From Epiperipatus broadwayi (Eukaryota; Animalia; Onychophora), in contig JAQFVV010000007.1 of the NCBI GenBank assembly GCA_028023455.1, forward strand, positions 10,602,001 through 10,666,000: a stretch of 64,000 bases of DNA, read 5' to 3'. This document shows positions 1 to 13,269 of the stretch, in pieces (position 1 is the first letter of the stretch; every line of letters begins with the position of its first letter). The notes under the pieces were generated by a model that was given only the letters and a program-made list of their open reading frames with translations, was not told the DNA's origin and ran no database searches. Position numbers and translations under genes: made by a program.

Positions 1-839
1 CAGAAATGCAGTATTGAACAAAGTAATGAAGTAGCTATAACATTTTGATATTATGTAGCACAGAAATGGAATAGATATTAATCATTCTATATGCCAATGT
101 TTTTCTTTCTTTTCCTAGTGGCAGTTTGAGTTAATAAATTGTATTTGATTTATTAGAAATGAATGTTCACAAATAAAACACATACTAAGAAACATATTTG
201 AATATTTTAAATATAGAAAAAAAAGTTAAATGCATGCATAATGAGAGTAATTACTTTTTTTTTATTGGCTGATTATAGCAATGCTATTGAAGAAAAAGTA
301 AATTAATCAAATCTTTGTTGATTGAATTTAGTATCTGAGTACAGAAGAAATTATTGATGAATCATCACAAAGCTATGAAATTCTGTTCTAAAATTTAAAA
401 TTACTTTTATAGTTATAAAAATATCACAAAAGCTTTGTACTAAGATGGTGATGGAGTATGATTGTAGTTTTCTTTTTATCATTACTTCAAATATTTTAAT
501 TTTAATTTTTAAAGTAAACTTTTTTTTTTTTTTAAAAAAGGATAAACATGAGTATATTTGTTTTTTTTTTTTTTAATAATTACAATATGAATTTTTTAAA
601 AATATTCATAAATATTTAAATAAACTATGGCAAGAATACATTTTTTGCTCATAGTTACAATAATTGAAGAGAGTTTACAAGTCTGTATATACATTCTAGA
701 TCAAAGAATCTGCCAATTAATGATGCTCTGGCTCTTGTTAACTCATTCATAGATTTTTCCATAGACTACTAACATCTTCAGATTTTATTTTGAATTAACA
801 AATTATTTCTTTCACATTTTTAATCATCAAATGAACATA

Positions 840-1190
840 AAACCAGAAAAGGGGTGCTAAAGATAACCATAAGAGATTGGTTGCAATGCAGTGTGATGCA
901 CAGCATCTCCTTAATCAAGTCAGGAGTCTCTCAGCCACTATACCCAGAGAAATCTGTTAACCACCTTCAATTTTCTACCTTAAGTTTTTCCCATATTCTT
1001 TTCTATTCTGCTCTATCCCATATCTACAATATTATGTTTGCCCATGTTATGTTCTTTATATCTAGATCCCCCTTATCATTCTCCAAATGAATCCAAGAAG
1101 CCATTTTCTATATAATCACTTTATATTTATTCTCTCACAACTTCATAATTTGTAACCTTTCTGTTTGTTTTACATTCAATTGAAACTAAA
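840..1190 (-). mobile_element. 3' fragment of the same LINE family as 18930-19851
   Basis: Minus strand encodes DKGDLDIK (~1055-1077), identical to the peptide in ORF 19044-19310. Adjacent sequence (gtgtgatgca...tctctcagccactatacccaga) matches 18935-19000. Boundaries approximate. Confidence 0.55.
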
Positions 1191-4100
1191 TCTCAGCAGT
1201 GTCACCACAGTGCAGAATGATAACTTGGAGCTCAGAATCTTTAAATTATTTTAATATTTTTTACCTGTAAATATCTAAAAAAAATTAAAAAAAAAACCCT
1301 GACTGCTAATTTATACCATTTCAGAAGCTTCTGGAAATGTCTGAACCATTGTAAATTACATAACAATATTAAATGACACGACTGTATTTTCTAATGAGAA
1401 GAAAATCTAAAAAAAAAAACCCAATTGCAGCCAAAAATGAATGCTTATTGAGAGAAATTTATGAGTAATTATGAAGGCCTGTAACCAAAAAGATCGGAAC
1501 TGCTATAGAATAAACCATTGCTATTATCACCATAATTCAGCACAGGGTATAGTATATCTGAAGAATTCACCATTAAAAACTGTAACAAAATATTTATAGT
1601 TGATCCATTATTTTTAAACTACTTGTTCCTCATGTAATTGCATGTGTCTCAGTATGTAAACACAATGGTATGATGAGTATAAAAACTGAATATTGGATCA
1701 ATGTATGTCTTATTGTATGGTTCACATTTTCCCCAACCACCGAAAAGATTTGCTTGAAGCAACATAGTATTTGTTTTTGGGAAGTTACTGCACTTTATGA
1801 TCATCTTACTGCAAAGGCACCTACTTGGCTATTTTGGGAAGAATTAGCTTATCCACTACCCAGGAAGTGTTTTGATCATTAATGACATCTTATTAGATAA
1901 TAATGTTACAATTTATATAGTTTATATACATGAAGATAGTGCAATTCATATTTTACATCCATTAAAATTTGCCCAGTTTAAATATTGTGCCTGAATTGGA
2001 CAGAGATATTCTGCAAGTCATTTTTAAAAAGAAAAACCCCATGAAAACTTTTCTTTATGAAGAGTAACTTAATATTCTTCCAGATAATACTTATTTGTTA
2101 TATAATTTTATTTCTTAATACAAAGTAAATAATTTTTGATACAAAATATACATACATCTTAATAATAAAGGTAACATGGATATTCCTATTATTTTGTGCA
2201 ATCCTTATGTATGTACTCACACATGTTTAAGCAGTTTCTGTAATAACAGAATACATCTGCATTTATTAAAACATACTGTTTCTAATCATAGTGAAACAGT
2301 TTATTTCTTGGGATTCATGAGAAGTTCAAGCATCAGTATTTTACTTCACCAGAGCATTAAACCATGCTGGGAACCATGTTAATCATGCATATATATAGTT
2401 GATATTTAATGCATATTTTTTGTATTTTAATTTATATTTAGTGGGATTGAAAAAAAATCTTAAGTGGCAAGATAAAAGTTATCACAATGACTGTATTAAT
2501 GAACCAGGTCATGACTAGTCAGCTGATAATCTTAATAACTTAATTTTTTGGTAATTTTATCATGATTTTATTGCTTTTTCTACTTTTATTATGAATTTTT
2601 ATGGTTTGTAATATTATTTATTTTTTAAATTTAATCATATGATTTGTTTTATTGTACTGAAGCTAATAATAATTTATTTATTTGTATGAAAGAATGACTA
2701 TAAAATTTTAGCCTAACTAAAGTCTTTGTCATACTTTATTTTTTAATTATTTTACTGCCTAGAGGCAATAATAAATAATGCTATCTGAAATACATTGACT
2801 ACTCAAGCTTACAATAGATAGCGCTAAAGAATGGTGATCATAACTGTTTTAAAATGCCTTTTTTCCATAGGCTTCTGAAAGTGATATAAATTTCTTTTTT
2901 ATAAACTTACAACCTCTTTAGAAATCTTTGTAAAAAAAGGATTACATTAGTATATATTTCTATTTTTGGGACTACATTGCATCATAGTAGTATAAATAAC
3001 AACAGGTGTTTTTATTATTTTGCACAAGCCTTGCATACATTGTGAATAAAACGCTAAAAAGAAAAGTAAATATGAATTACTTTTCAAATGCATGATATCT
3101 ATTTTTAAGGCAATAAATATATCATTGCATTTAAAAAGAATAATTTATGCTGAAAATATTTTTAATCTAAAATATCAAATTCTGATAACTAAACATACCA
3201 ATATACTAAAGCAAGCTTACTAATTTAAAATCAAATTACTAGCCAAAATCAAATTTAAAAAAAAATAATAATAATAGTTTCCCTGCAAAGGTATACCTCC
3301 CAAATACAAAATAACATAAGACAACAAAAATGTGTAGTATACTATCTTTCCACAATACCAACTAACATTTCAATTACCTTTAAAATTGAAAAAGTATAGT
3401 CATATTGCAGTTTGTATGAGATTTAAGGTTCATGATTATTTTTACATAGCATATATGTATAATTATTAAAAATAAATTTAAACATTGTTATAAAAATTAT
3501 GACTAATACATCATTACCAACACTATCTTAGGATAATTTGAGATATTGTAAAAATTAGAAAACAATTAATATTTTAAAGTAGAATTTGATAGATTTTTCT
3601 GGGATTGATATTTATTCGTATGCATTTTAAATACAAACTTCAATAAAAAAGATTTCATCCATTTTCTGAAGTCATTCAAATGTTCAATGATAAAAGTGTT
3701 TTTGAAATAGTTAAGATTTTACTTCATTAACACTTAAATAAATTAATATATATATGTGCTCTGCACACAGTTAATGAAGCTATTAATAAATTGTCAAAAT
3801 TTTTACTGCCAAGGGCTTTCGGGACAGTCTACAGTCCCATATTCATGGCGAGTTATTCTGTTAATAACTGTAAAACTATGCAAATTTTATGCAAATTTAT
3901 ATGCAGATGTTATGTGGATCATTTACAAGATAGAGAATAGCAGGCCTCTCTTCTGTTGAACTCATTTCCCCAATATTTGCAAAGTTCAAATATGAATTTT
4001 TAGAGTTTTTTCTATTTGCAAATATGCATTATTACCAAAACAAGTTCAACTTATTTAATTATGATACAAAATAATGGTTTAATACTAAAAGCAAAAGTTG

Positions 4101-5016
4101 AAATTTACAAAAAGACTCACTAGGTTGAACAATAAAATCTGTGGCAGCACTTGAATGTTAAAGATATTTTATATTATACACACATCTCCAGTGATAAAAA
4201 TATTTCTGATAAGATGTCATTTATTTTTAATAAGTCAATCCCTACATAGCAAGATTGCGCATGGCTTTAATGCTCAGGATTTTATTTACAGATTGAATGC
4301 TAGAAATGCCATAATTGGAATTAATCTGAGAAACTTATATTACAGAGTCTAATATTGTACTATTACTACTGAAATAAATAATTGAGTAGCTTTTTGCTCA
4401 GGAGTTCAGAAGACATTTGAGTGCTATCTGTGCCATAACTGGAACATATTAATTAAAACCAGTTAGAAAATCCATTTTAAGGAAATGAATTTCCTTAGCC
4501 TACAATGAATATGAAGTCACTACACACAAGAAATAATAAATCAAGAAAATAAAGAACTAAGATAATATTTTTTTTAAAAAATGTAACATAAAATTAATAA
4601 TGATAGTGATTAAGGTAACAATGATAACACACATGAAATGTACAAATGTATTTGATAAGATAAAAATAGCTGTATTTTGAAAAGCATTAATTGAGATATA
4701 CTTTCAAATATGCACTAGTAGATGTTAGTTCAAATAACTTCTTTATTATTTAAAATAATATTAATTTTGTTTTAAAAATGTAATGGCAAAACACTCTGAT
4801 TTGATAAATAGTTAAAACTATTATTTAAAATATAACTGGCATATCATATATATAATTTACAAATAGAAAAAATATATAAATGTGAATTAAAATGCTTAGA
4901 TAAATTAAAGAAATAGAGCTGTAAATTTATTATCTTACATATGATTTTGTGGAAATTATTCCATCTGTACTGTAATGGTTTATCATCCCCAAATATCACA
5001 AATAAAAGAGTATTAA

Positions 5017-5762
5017 CCAAAAGACTGTTTTTTACGAGGCTCCTCATAGACATCTGACGTCACTCTAACTCAGCCGATTCTTATGCTAAAAAATTCGTTC
5101 GATACGTTTTGAAGACGTTTTTAAAAGTTCTGTAAGATGGTGACCTCTTCCGACTTATTTTACAAGTAAAAAATAAAAAAAAACGCATTTAAACCTAAAC
5201 AAAGAAAGAACATTATTTGTGATTGGTTCTTAGCAAGCTCTCAGCCAAAAAAGACATTCTGATTGGCTGGAAAGAACAAAGAAACCGCCTTATCAAAGAA
5301 AATAAAGAAAAACGCTGAGATTTACATTTCGAATCCAATTTTAAGTATTATAAAATTATATTTATGGAAATTAAAAATTATTTTCAGAGAGAATAATAAA
5401 AAAACAAAATTATTTTCGAAAAATATTGAAGATTTTAGTAAAAATATTGAAGATGTAGTAAAAAGAAATATTTACTTTTCTATAACGTAAAAGTCAATCT
5501 TTTTGTTTATATTATAGCTTTTATGTTGCCGAATTTGAATATTTTAGAATAAATAAATAGCAATTTATTTTTGAAAGAACTTTCATTCTCTTCATAACCT
5601 GAAAAATTAATAATATACTTTTTATAAACGTATCTGAGTTGAATTTAATATTATAGGCGAATATGTTTTAACAATAGGCTTTGTCTTCAGTTTGTGAGTT
5701 GGCCAATTAAAAGATTTGATTTTTACCTCATACAACCAATAATATAATTAGCGGTTAAAAGG
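5017..5762. other. CpG-retaining segment (promoter-like or young DNA element)
   Basis: Many CpGs against a depleted background; TGACGTCA palindrome at ~5056; two ATTGG (CCAAT) boxes at ~5222 and ~5262; right end gcggttaaaagg-ttaa. No matching left TIR found. Confidence 0.3.
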
Positions 5763-6789
5763 TTAAAATATGCAGATAAAATGTAAAAGGAGCATGGAAT
5801 AAGCAAAGAATAAAACTGTAAGTAGTTATACTAATAATAAGTTATAAATTACAAATTATGCAGCATTACCCATAAACCTTCAAGTCATCTCTTGTGACTG
5901 GATTTAAGAAATATTTTAAAAACAGGCTTATTATCTAGCCACTGCCAGATTTAGAGCAAAATATAACAATTGTCTGGATATGCATTCCTAAGTGCTAATC
6001 TATCACTCATAATAAAATATAATGCTGGGATACTGACACATTCTGGTTATCATCTATGCTCCATCCACATTTTACAATGAGTGTTTAGGCTATTATAAAC
6101 TAAATTTTCTCTAGCAAAAATAAAATGCAGTGAATGGATTTTAAACATGATGCCTGTGCACCATCCAGAATACTATCTGGATGTCCAAACATAAACCCCT
6201 ATATCTATATAATTTAACCAATATTTCCTTTTAAAGCTAGCTCAAAATCATGAGTCCTAGGAATTGTAACTCTATGCAATATAAAATATAATAGTGCATA
6301 TGCTCAATTTATATTAATTGAAATAGTGTTATTGAGATAATTTACAAGTCCCCAAACAACTAAGATATTATGAAATCAAGTCACACACACTGCCAATTCA
6401 TAGAATAGATTGTTGGAAAAATAAAGACATTAAAACTATTATTTTTTATAATTATTTAAAAAATTAACTAATAATTAAGAAAATGAAAAACAGCATGGTA
6501 ATATAACAATTCTAAATTAAATATATTTTTATTAACAATATATAATTTTATATATCAAGTAATAATAATTTGTTGAATTTTATTAATTCAATTAACCTGT
6601 ATTAACTTTAAACAAAATTGACTTTCCCTTCACTGATTAAAATTGCAAATTCAAAGAAAAAAAACTTAAAACCTCTTTCTTTTTTTTTATAAAAATAAAA
6701 TCTTTATACAATTAAATTTTGGGGATAAAATAATATAAAGATGGAAAGAAATGTTTCAATAAAATATTAAAGTTATTAATTTGTACAAA

Positions 6790-8110
6790 TTATTACTTAA
6801 TTTAAACCTCATCTATAAATTTAAATATAATGTGTGCATTAAAGTACATTTTTATCATGGATTTATTTTCTATTTGAATCCTTCTTTGGTAGTTGCAATT
6901 TTCAGGTTATTTTTTTATATTTTTTTTGTAAGATTCTCTATTAACACATATTTTTAGGCAAGCACACAGAAAGAGTTTAACCATTTTAACAATCTACTAA
7001 TGTTTAGTTAAGGCTGATAAATAAAGTGACACTCATGCTCTTAGATGGAGACAAAGCTTGTTGCAGGTTGATTACTTTAGGAGTATTCTTTTTTCTTTAG
7101 TGAATAGGTTAAATAATCAAACTTAATGATGCTCATCTTCTTGCTAAAACTTAGCACATGGTTTTTAGTAAATACAGTTTTAAAATTATTTTTAATTTAG
7201 AAGTGAGATGATAGTCTTAGCTCAGACTATTGAAACCAATTCTCACTGAGCTCTTCACAGCTGAGATTCTATTTCAGTGTACTCCTACAGATGAGCCATA
7301 AACTGACTGTTACTGTTTCCCTCAATAATTAAATCAGGAATGACTGTTGTTCACAAGGGACTGAGGTTTATTGATTTATCCTGCTTTCTGTGTTACTTTT
7401 TTGAACAATACTGTATCAATCCAATTACTCCTTGTCTCCTACCTGACTAAATTAAACACTGACCAATTGGATCTATTTTTACAAAAATATTAATTATTTT
7501 CATTCTTTTTTAAACTAAAAAAATCCCCTATAGTGGGTTTTTTCTTATACCAAAAAGAAAATAATATTTTAATTACTATGATTTAAAAATATTGCCATTT
7601 CTTTTGGTAAAAGATAAAGAGAAAAGAAGAAAAAATAACTCCAATTAATTAAAATAAAATTTAACAATAATGTTAAAATATTTTTTTTTCTTTTAAAAAT
7701 CTAAATCTAAATAAAAAAAATTCTCTTTATCTGACTTATCATATTTTAAAAGTTAAAATTATAACTTTTAATAAACTTATTAAAATGAACAGTTTTTTTC
7801 TCTTAGCACTTTTTTAAAATTAAAACTGATAAATAATTAAATTACAAAAAAAAAAACTATTTGTTTTATAATTTTTCCTTTTATAAATATTTACAGCATA
7901 TTAAAATAACATTCTCATTATTATTTAAAATGTTTGGAACTATCACACCATCATTTAAGATGTAAACTTTTAACTAAATTTATACTTGATATTACAACAA
8001 CACATATGGAAAAATTAAATCTATTATTTCCATATCAATTACTACATTTTAAATTTTAGAAGCTTGTAATATTTGACATGATGAGAGTCAGCCACTGTTT
8101 ACAATATTAC
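6790..8110. repeat. Copy 1 of a diverged dispersed repeat/DNA-element relic (copy 2 at 9697-10490)
   Basis: 6790-7200 aligns by eye to 9697-10130, and 7780-8110 to 10150-10490 (both end gccactgttt-a-aatattac). Confidence 0.6.
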
Positions 8111-8269
8111 AATCCTCCTCCCTTGCATTGATGTGACAATGAAATAAAGATGAACATGTCATTCATCATTATTTTAAATTTGCACTGTAATGGTCACTTT
8201 TATTTCTGGGAATGTACCATCCAGCTATATTTTGTATTTTTTTGTATTTCCTTATAGAATAGCTTAAGC

Positions 8270-8800
8270 ATTCTAGTATAATATGTTCTTCTCACACCAT
8301 TTCCATCTTTTATCCAGGATGTATTTTCACACTGGCATTAGACATTTTTGGCAGGGCCTTCATAAAAATTAAAGAATTTATTGTTCTTGTGTTTTTTTTG
8401 AAAATTACTCACATTAGAAACTTTAATTAACACTTCATCACCTTCCTGAAATTTGTGTTTATTTATGCCTGTGCTCTTTTCTCTCATTTTTTACTTATGT
8501 CAAACAACCTTTCTTGGGTTTTGATTCTATCAATTTCCATATATATTGTCTCTTTCTTAATCATAGGAAGTGAAGACTTGAAGAAATTTGAATGATATTT
8601 GTCTGAATGCAAGCATATTGGTGAAAATTGTGTAGATTCAATCTCTGACTAATATAATTAACAACCTGTTGCACTTGCTTCATCCAGTCTTGATGATTGG
8701 AATTTATATAAGTAATGGGCAACTGTGAACTAATCTGAAACAAGCCTTGCTTTATTCAAGTGCATGAGTGTTTCCTTATGAATTAGCCTGATCTGAATAT
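8270..8800 (-). pseudogene. Gypsy/Ginger-type integrase C-terminal relic
   Basis: Minus-strand peptides YINSNHQDWMKQV, then ESTQFSP after a frameshift, then KFQEGDEVLIK...KFFNFYEGP...RMLKLF. This resembles the integrase core end plus the GPY/F domain. Confidence 0.55.
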
Positions 8801-9696
8801 TTGCAGACTAAAAATGATTAAATTGTTTTTTTATTTTTTTAGAACCATATTAATATATTCTGCTCCTTTTCCATTATTTTTTTTTTGTCATTCATTTTTT
8901 ATTGTCATCTTTTCTTAGTTTTTTCTTTTATTATCATTTTCTCTTTGCTTTGCTCTCTTTCAATGTCTTTCATTTTATTAAAGCAAGCAGTTGACTTTAA
9001 ACAAATAAATCAACAAAGAGATGAAACAATAAAAAGACATATTTGAAGCTGATGATACACATAATGATAAGATATATTAAAAGTTTATGATATTATCCTA
9101 TTCATGGATCTGGAATAAGATGAAGAAAATAGCTATAACACTGTCTGCTTATCTTAATAGTTTATGATTATTCTAGAGATGAAGAAATAGAAAGATAGCA
9201 GAAGAAACATTTTTCTGTTTTTTACTATTCTATTTGCAATGATTCTGCTGGCATAGTCATCTTTATTTTTTGTGCTTCTTCAGTTGATTGTTGATCTTTT
9301 TTCTATTATGTTTTTTTTTTTTTTTTGCCAGCATATATGTTTATATTTGATCATTTTTAAACTTAAAAAAAAAAAAAAAAACTATGTTAAATTACTTTAA
9401 TGCCCAAAAAATATAAATGTAAACTTTTTAAAATAATATCTTATAAAATAAGCCCCACTTATCCCCTCCTCCATGCAACCTACTACTACTATTATTATTA
9501 CACAATTTACCTTTCCTTGAATCTGACTGTCTTAATAGCTGACTTATTTGTCTACTGTACTTTATTTCCTTTGTTTCATTCCCTAGTTCTATCCTGATTC
9601 ATGCATGTGTGACTGATTTTCTTATTCATCATAATTTTTTATTTACTTTTTTATATTTGCACATGTACTTAAAATAAAAATAAAATTATTACTTAT

Positions 9697-10490
9697 TATT
9701 ACTTAATTTAAAACTCATTTATAAATTTAAATATAATGTGAACATTAAAGTACCTTTTTACTATGGATTTCTTTTCCATTTAAGTCCTTATTTGCTATCG
9801 TTAATTTTTAGGTTCTTTTTCATGTTGGTTTTCTTCTTGTAAGCTTCTCCATTAACACAAATTTTCAGCCAAACACAGAAAAAATTAATGGCTTTTTACT
9901 CTACTAATTTTCAGGTCAGGATAATATATAAAGAAACACTGGTGCTCTTGAATAATGGCAAGACATGATGTAGAATACTTCAGGGCTATTCTTCTACTAC
10001 ATTTTCTTTAGTAAACAGGGTGCATGGTGAGGTTTAATGACGCTAGAGTTTATTTTCTGGTTAGGTCTTATTTTCTGGAAAATCTAGTATTTATTTCTTT
10101 TATCACCTTTTAAAACTTAAAATTAAAAATTTTCAATTACTTACTAAAGAGAAAAAAATTCTCTTAGTACTTTTTAAAAATTAAAACTGGTAAATAATTA
10201 AAATTACTGAAGAGAAGAAAAAAATATTTGTTTTATTATTTTTCTTTATCTTTTACAAATATTTACAAAACATTATAATAATATTGATATTATTATTAAA
10301 AAAACTGTTTTAGAACGGTCACATCATCATTTAAAAAATGCAAACTTTTAATTAAATTAAAGCTTGGTATTATAAAAAAGAGCATGTAAAGAAAATTAAA
10401 TCTATTCATTAATACATTTTAAATTTAATAAGCTTGTAATATTTGATATGGCCAGAGTTGGCCACTGTTTAATATATTACAGTATATTTA
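9697..10490. repeat. Copy 2 of the dispersed repeat at 6790-8110 (internally deleted)
   Basis: Colinear similarity to 6790-7200 and 7780-8110. Confidence 0.6.
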
Positions 10491-11113
10491 CTATTTAAAG
10501 TTTAATGAAATTCTTTTTATGCATGAAAATTCTCTAGTGTCATGCTGATAAGTCAGAAGTTAATTTCATAAATTCTTATATAATGTAAATAAAGACAATT
10601 TCTATTAGCTTTTGTAACATTAAATATGTGTATATGACATCATACCATTATGTTTCAACAATTCAAAAACTATAAATGTATTGTGTTATTAATTAAGTGA
10701 TTTTCTTCATACATGGAATGGAATTCTTGACAGAGTTTCTTTGCATTCTACTGTTTATGTTTCAGATAATCTCTCCATGTAACTTGTATTTTATAAATGA
10801 AATAAAATTAAGTAGATAGTATTCTTCCATCATGTGTAATGGACAGATAACATCTAATTCAAAATAATGTCTTAGCTGAATATCATTGCAAAAAGATTGG
10901 TAACAGTGATAATGGTCAAAATGTTCAATTTTTCTATCATTGGGCATCTTTTTGTCATAACTATATTTTCTTGAAAAACAATTTTTAACTTTTCAGTTGG
11001 TGAAAACATTTCAGTTGTTATTCCTGGTATCCAATTTTTGTAATTCATTTAACATTTGATTTTATTATTAAATTTTTATTCTGTGTTAGAATTTGAAAAG
11101 TTGGACTTGATTT

Positions 11114-12112
11114 AAAATAGGCAAAACTTTCCATACAGTAGTATTACACAGTGCCAACCAGAGTAATAAATGGATGCCAGAAAGCTTGTGTATAAAATTC
11201 CCATCTAGTGCCACCCATCCAATATCTCCATATCTACAGACTAAGTTTTGGCTTGTGGCCTTTGTCAGTAAGGAGCTTTGGATCTGAGAGTACTGCACCT
11301 AGATCTTACGATCTAATGCAATCCTCAAGCAGCCACCTTTTATCTCTACTTATTTACAAAACCATGAGAATAAAATTGAAAACACGAATATTTTCAATCT
11401 AAGCTCATAGCTTATATTGTCATATGGGTCTGAACTCAGTTAAGTACCCATATATTTTAGTGTCTTTGGCTCTTTAACAACCATAGCCATCACTATCCTA
11501 TCAGGCAGGATTGGTGTTAAACCACTAAACATCACGTGATCACCACTTCTTATGCTCACACATAACTGTTATTAAAACAAGCAAAACTCTCCATACAGTA
11601 CTGCTACTCAGTGCTAACCAGGGTAATCAATGGATGCCAGAAGGTTTGTGCATAAAATCCTCATCTAGTACCTACCCATCCAATATCCCCAAACTAGTTC
11701 TTGGCTTGTAGCCTTCATCAAAATGTATGGTACTTAACTGAGTTTGGACCCATATGATTATATAAGCTATTGAGTTTAGATTGAAAATATTATTGTGTTT
11801 TCAATTTTATTCTCATGGTTTTGTAGTTAAGTAGAGATAAAATATGGCTGTAGGAGGGTTGCATTAGATGCTAAGACCTAGGTGCAGCACTCTCAGATCC
11901 AAAGCTCCTCACTGACAAAGGCCACAAGCCAGAAACTAGTCTGGGGATAGGAATATATTGAATGAGGAGGCACTAAATGGGGATTTTAAGGACAAGCCTT
12001 CTGATATTCATTGATTACTCTGGTTGGCACTGATGGACTTCTGTATGGAGAGTTTTGCCTGTTTTAATAACAGTTATGTGCTAGCATAAGGAATGGTAAT
12101 CATATGATGTTT
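11114..12112 (+). mobile_element. HHR retrozyme (family A) insertion: inverted ~1.3 monomer plus sense ~0.85 monomer
   Basis: Perfect 15-bp TSD agttggacttgattt at 11099-11113 and 12113-12127. Antisense 11114-~11720, sense ~11721-12112 ending catatgatgttt. HHR core at 11912-11941 carries the CUGACAA variant. Confidence 0.9.
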
Positions 12113-13269
12113 AGTTGGACTTGATTTGTTAGAAATATAAAATTACAAGCAAAAACATCCTAAAAAATTGTATTTGAAGTTAGTAAATATAGAAAAAATT
12201 ATTATTAATATATGATAAGAACAATAAATTTTTATCTCATTGAATAATTTAAAGGAAAGCCAGAAATTTAGGGAAAGAAGAAAATTAAAAAACTTTGTTG
12301 ATTGAATTTTATTTTTAAAATGTGAATGAATTAATGTGAAGCCATTACTAATGTATTCAATTATTTTTTAAAATTTACAATTGTATTTATAATTTTTCAA
12401 ATATTACAAACATTTTTGACTACTGTGTTTAAAATGCTAACAATCTTACTGCCATAGTTTTCTGTTTACTGTTACAATTGAAGTTGTTCACTTATATTTT
12501 TAAAAATAAAACATATTCAAATTAAATCAAAGTGTAATTGGATATGATTTTGTTTTTAAAGAATTATACAAATATTGTGAAAAAATATTCATAAATATAT
12601 TTAAATAAATTAGGGATTTTTTTTTTGCAATATCCATATTAGGAAAAAATATTCTTGAAGGGAACTTGAAAATTATTAAATTTGGAAAACAAATAACCTA
12701 CTAATGACTGATATGATGTGACAGGATTACATTACTTTGAAGTTAATAATGATTGGAAAATTTTGATCTCTTCAGTGTTTTTAAATAAATAATTCAATAC
12801 ATAAAAGTTGAAAGGAAAGCCAAAACACATTCAGGTCATCTCCAAACAAAATATTTTGCTTATATTTGTAAAAAAAAAAAAAAAGGTAAAAAATTTAAAT
12901 AAATAACTTGCTACCAAAAACAAAAGCAAAATGAATTATTATTAAACATCAGAATTAGTTTTTATACTAGCAAGTAGATTTCTTTTTCAAAAACAACCCT
13001 TAAGGATTTTTATGACTTTGAAGTAAATAATGTACTATTTAACCAATATTTTAATATTTATTTAAACTAAAGTAAATGTATTTTAAGTTAACATTGTAAA
13101 ATCTTGTTAACACATTTTTAAAAATAAAATAAAAAAATACTTTTTTTTTGTTATTTTTCAAAAGTAAAAATAAAGAACTTTAATAAATTATTTTTGCAAG
13201 AATTTATTCTATATATATGTTGATACAAAAATTTTCATGGATTACAGGTGTAAATAATATATTTTGTGG

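Noticed and set aside
1470-1590. HHR-like words (atgaaggcctgtaa...ggaac; ctgaaga...aaaaactgta); a similar word occurs at ~26362
   Set aside because: Core bases are missing and stem II cannot form.
3756-4460. Harbinger- or hAT-like peptides on the minus strand
   Set aside because: Only vague similarity, with many stops.
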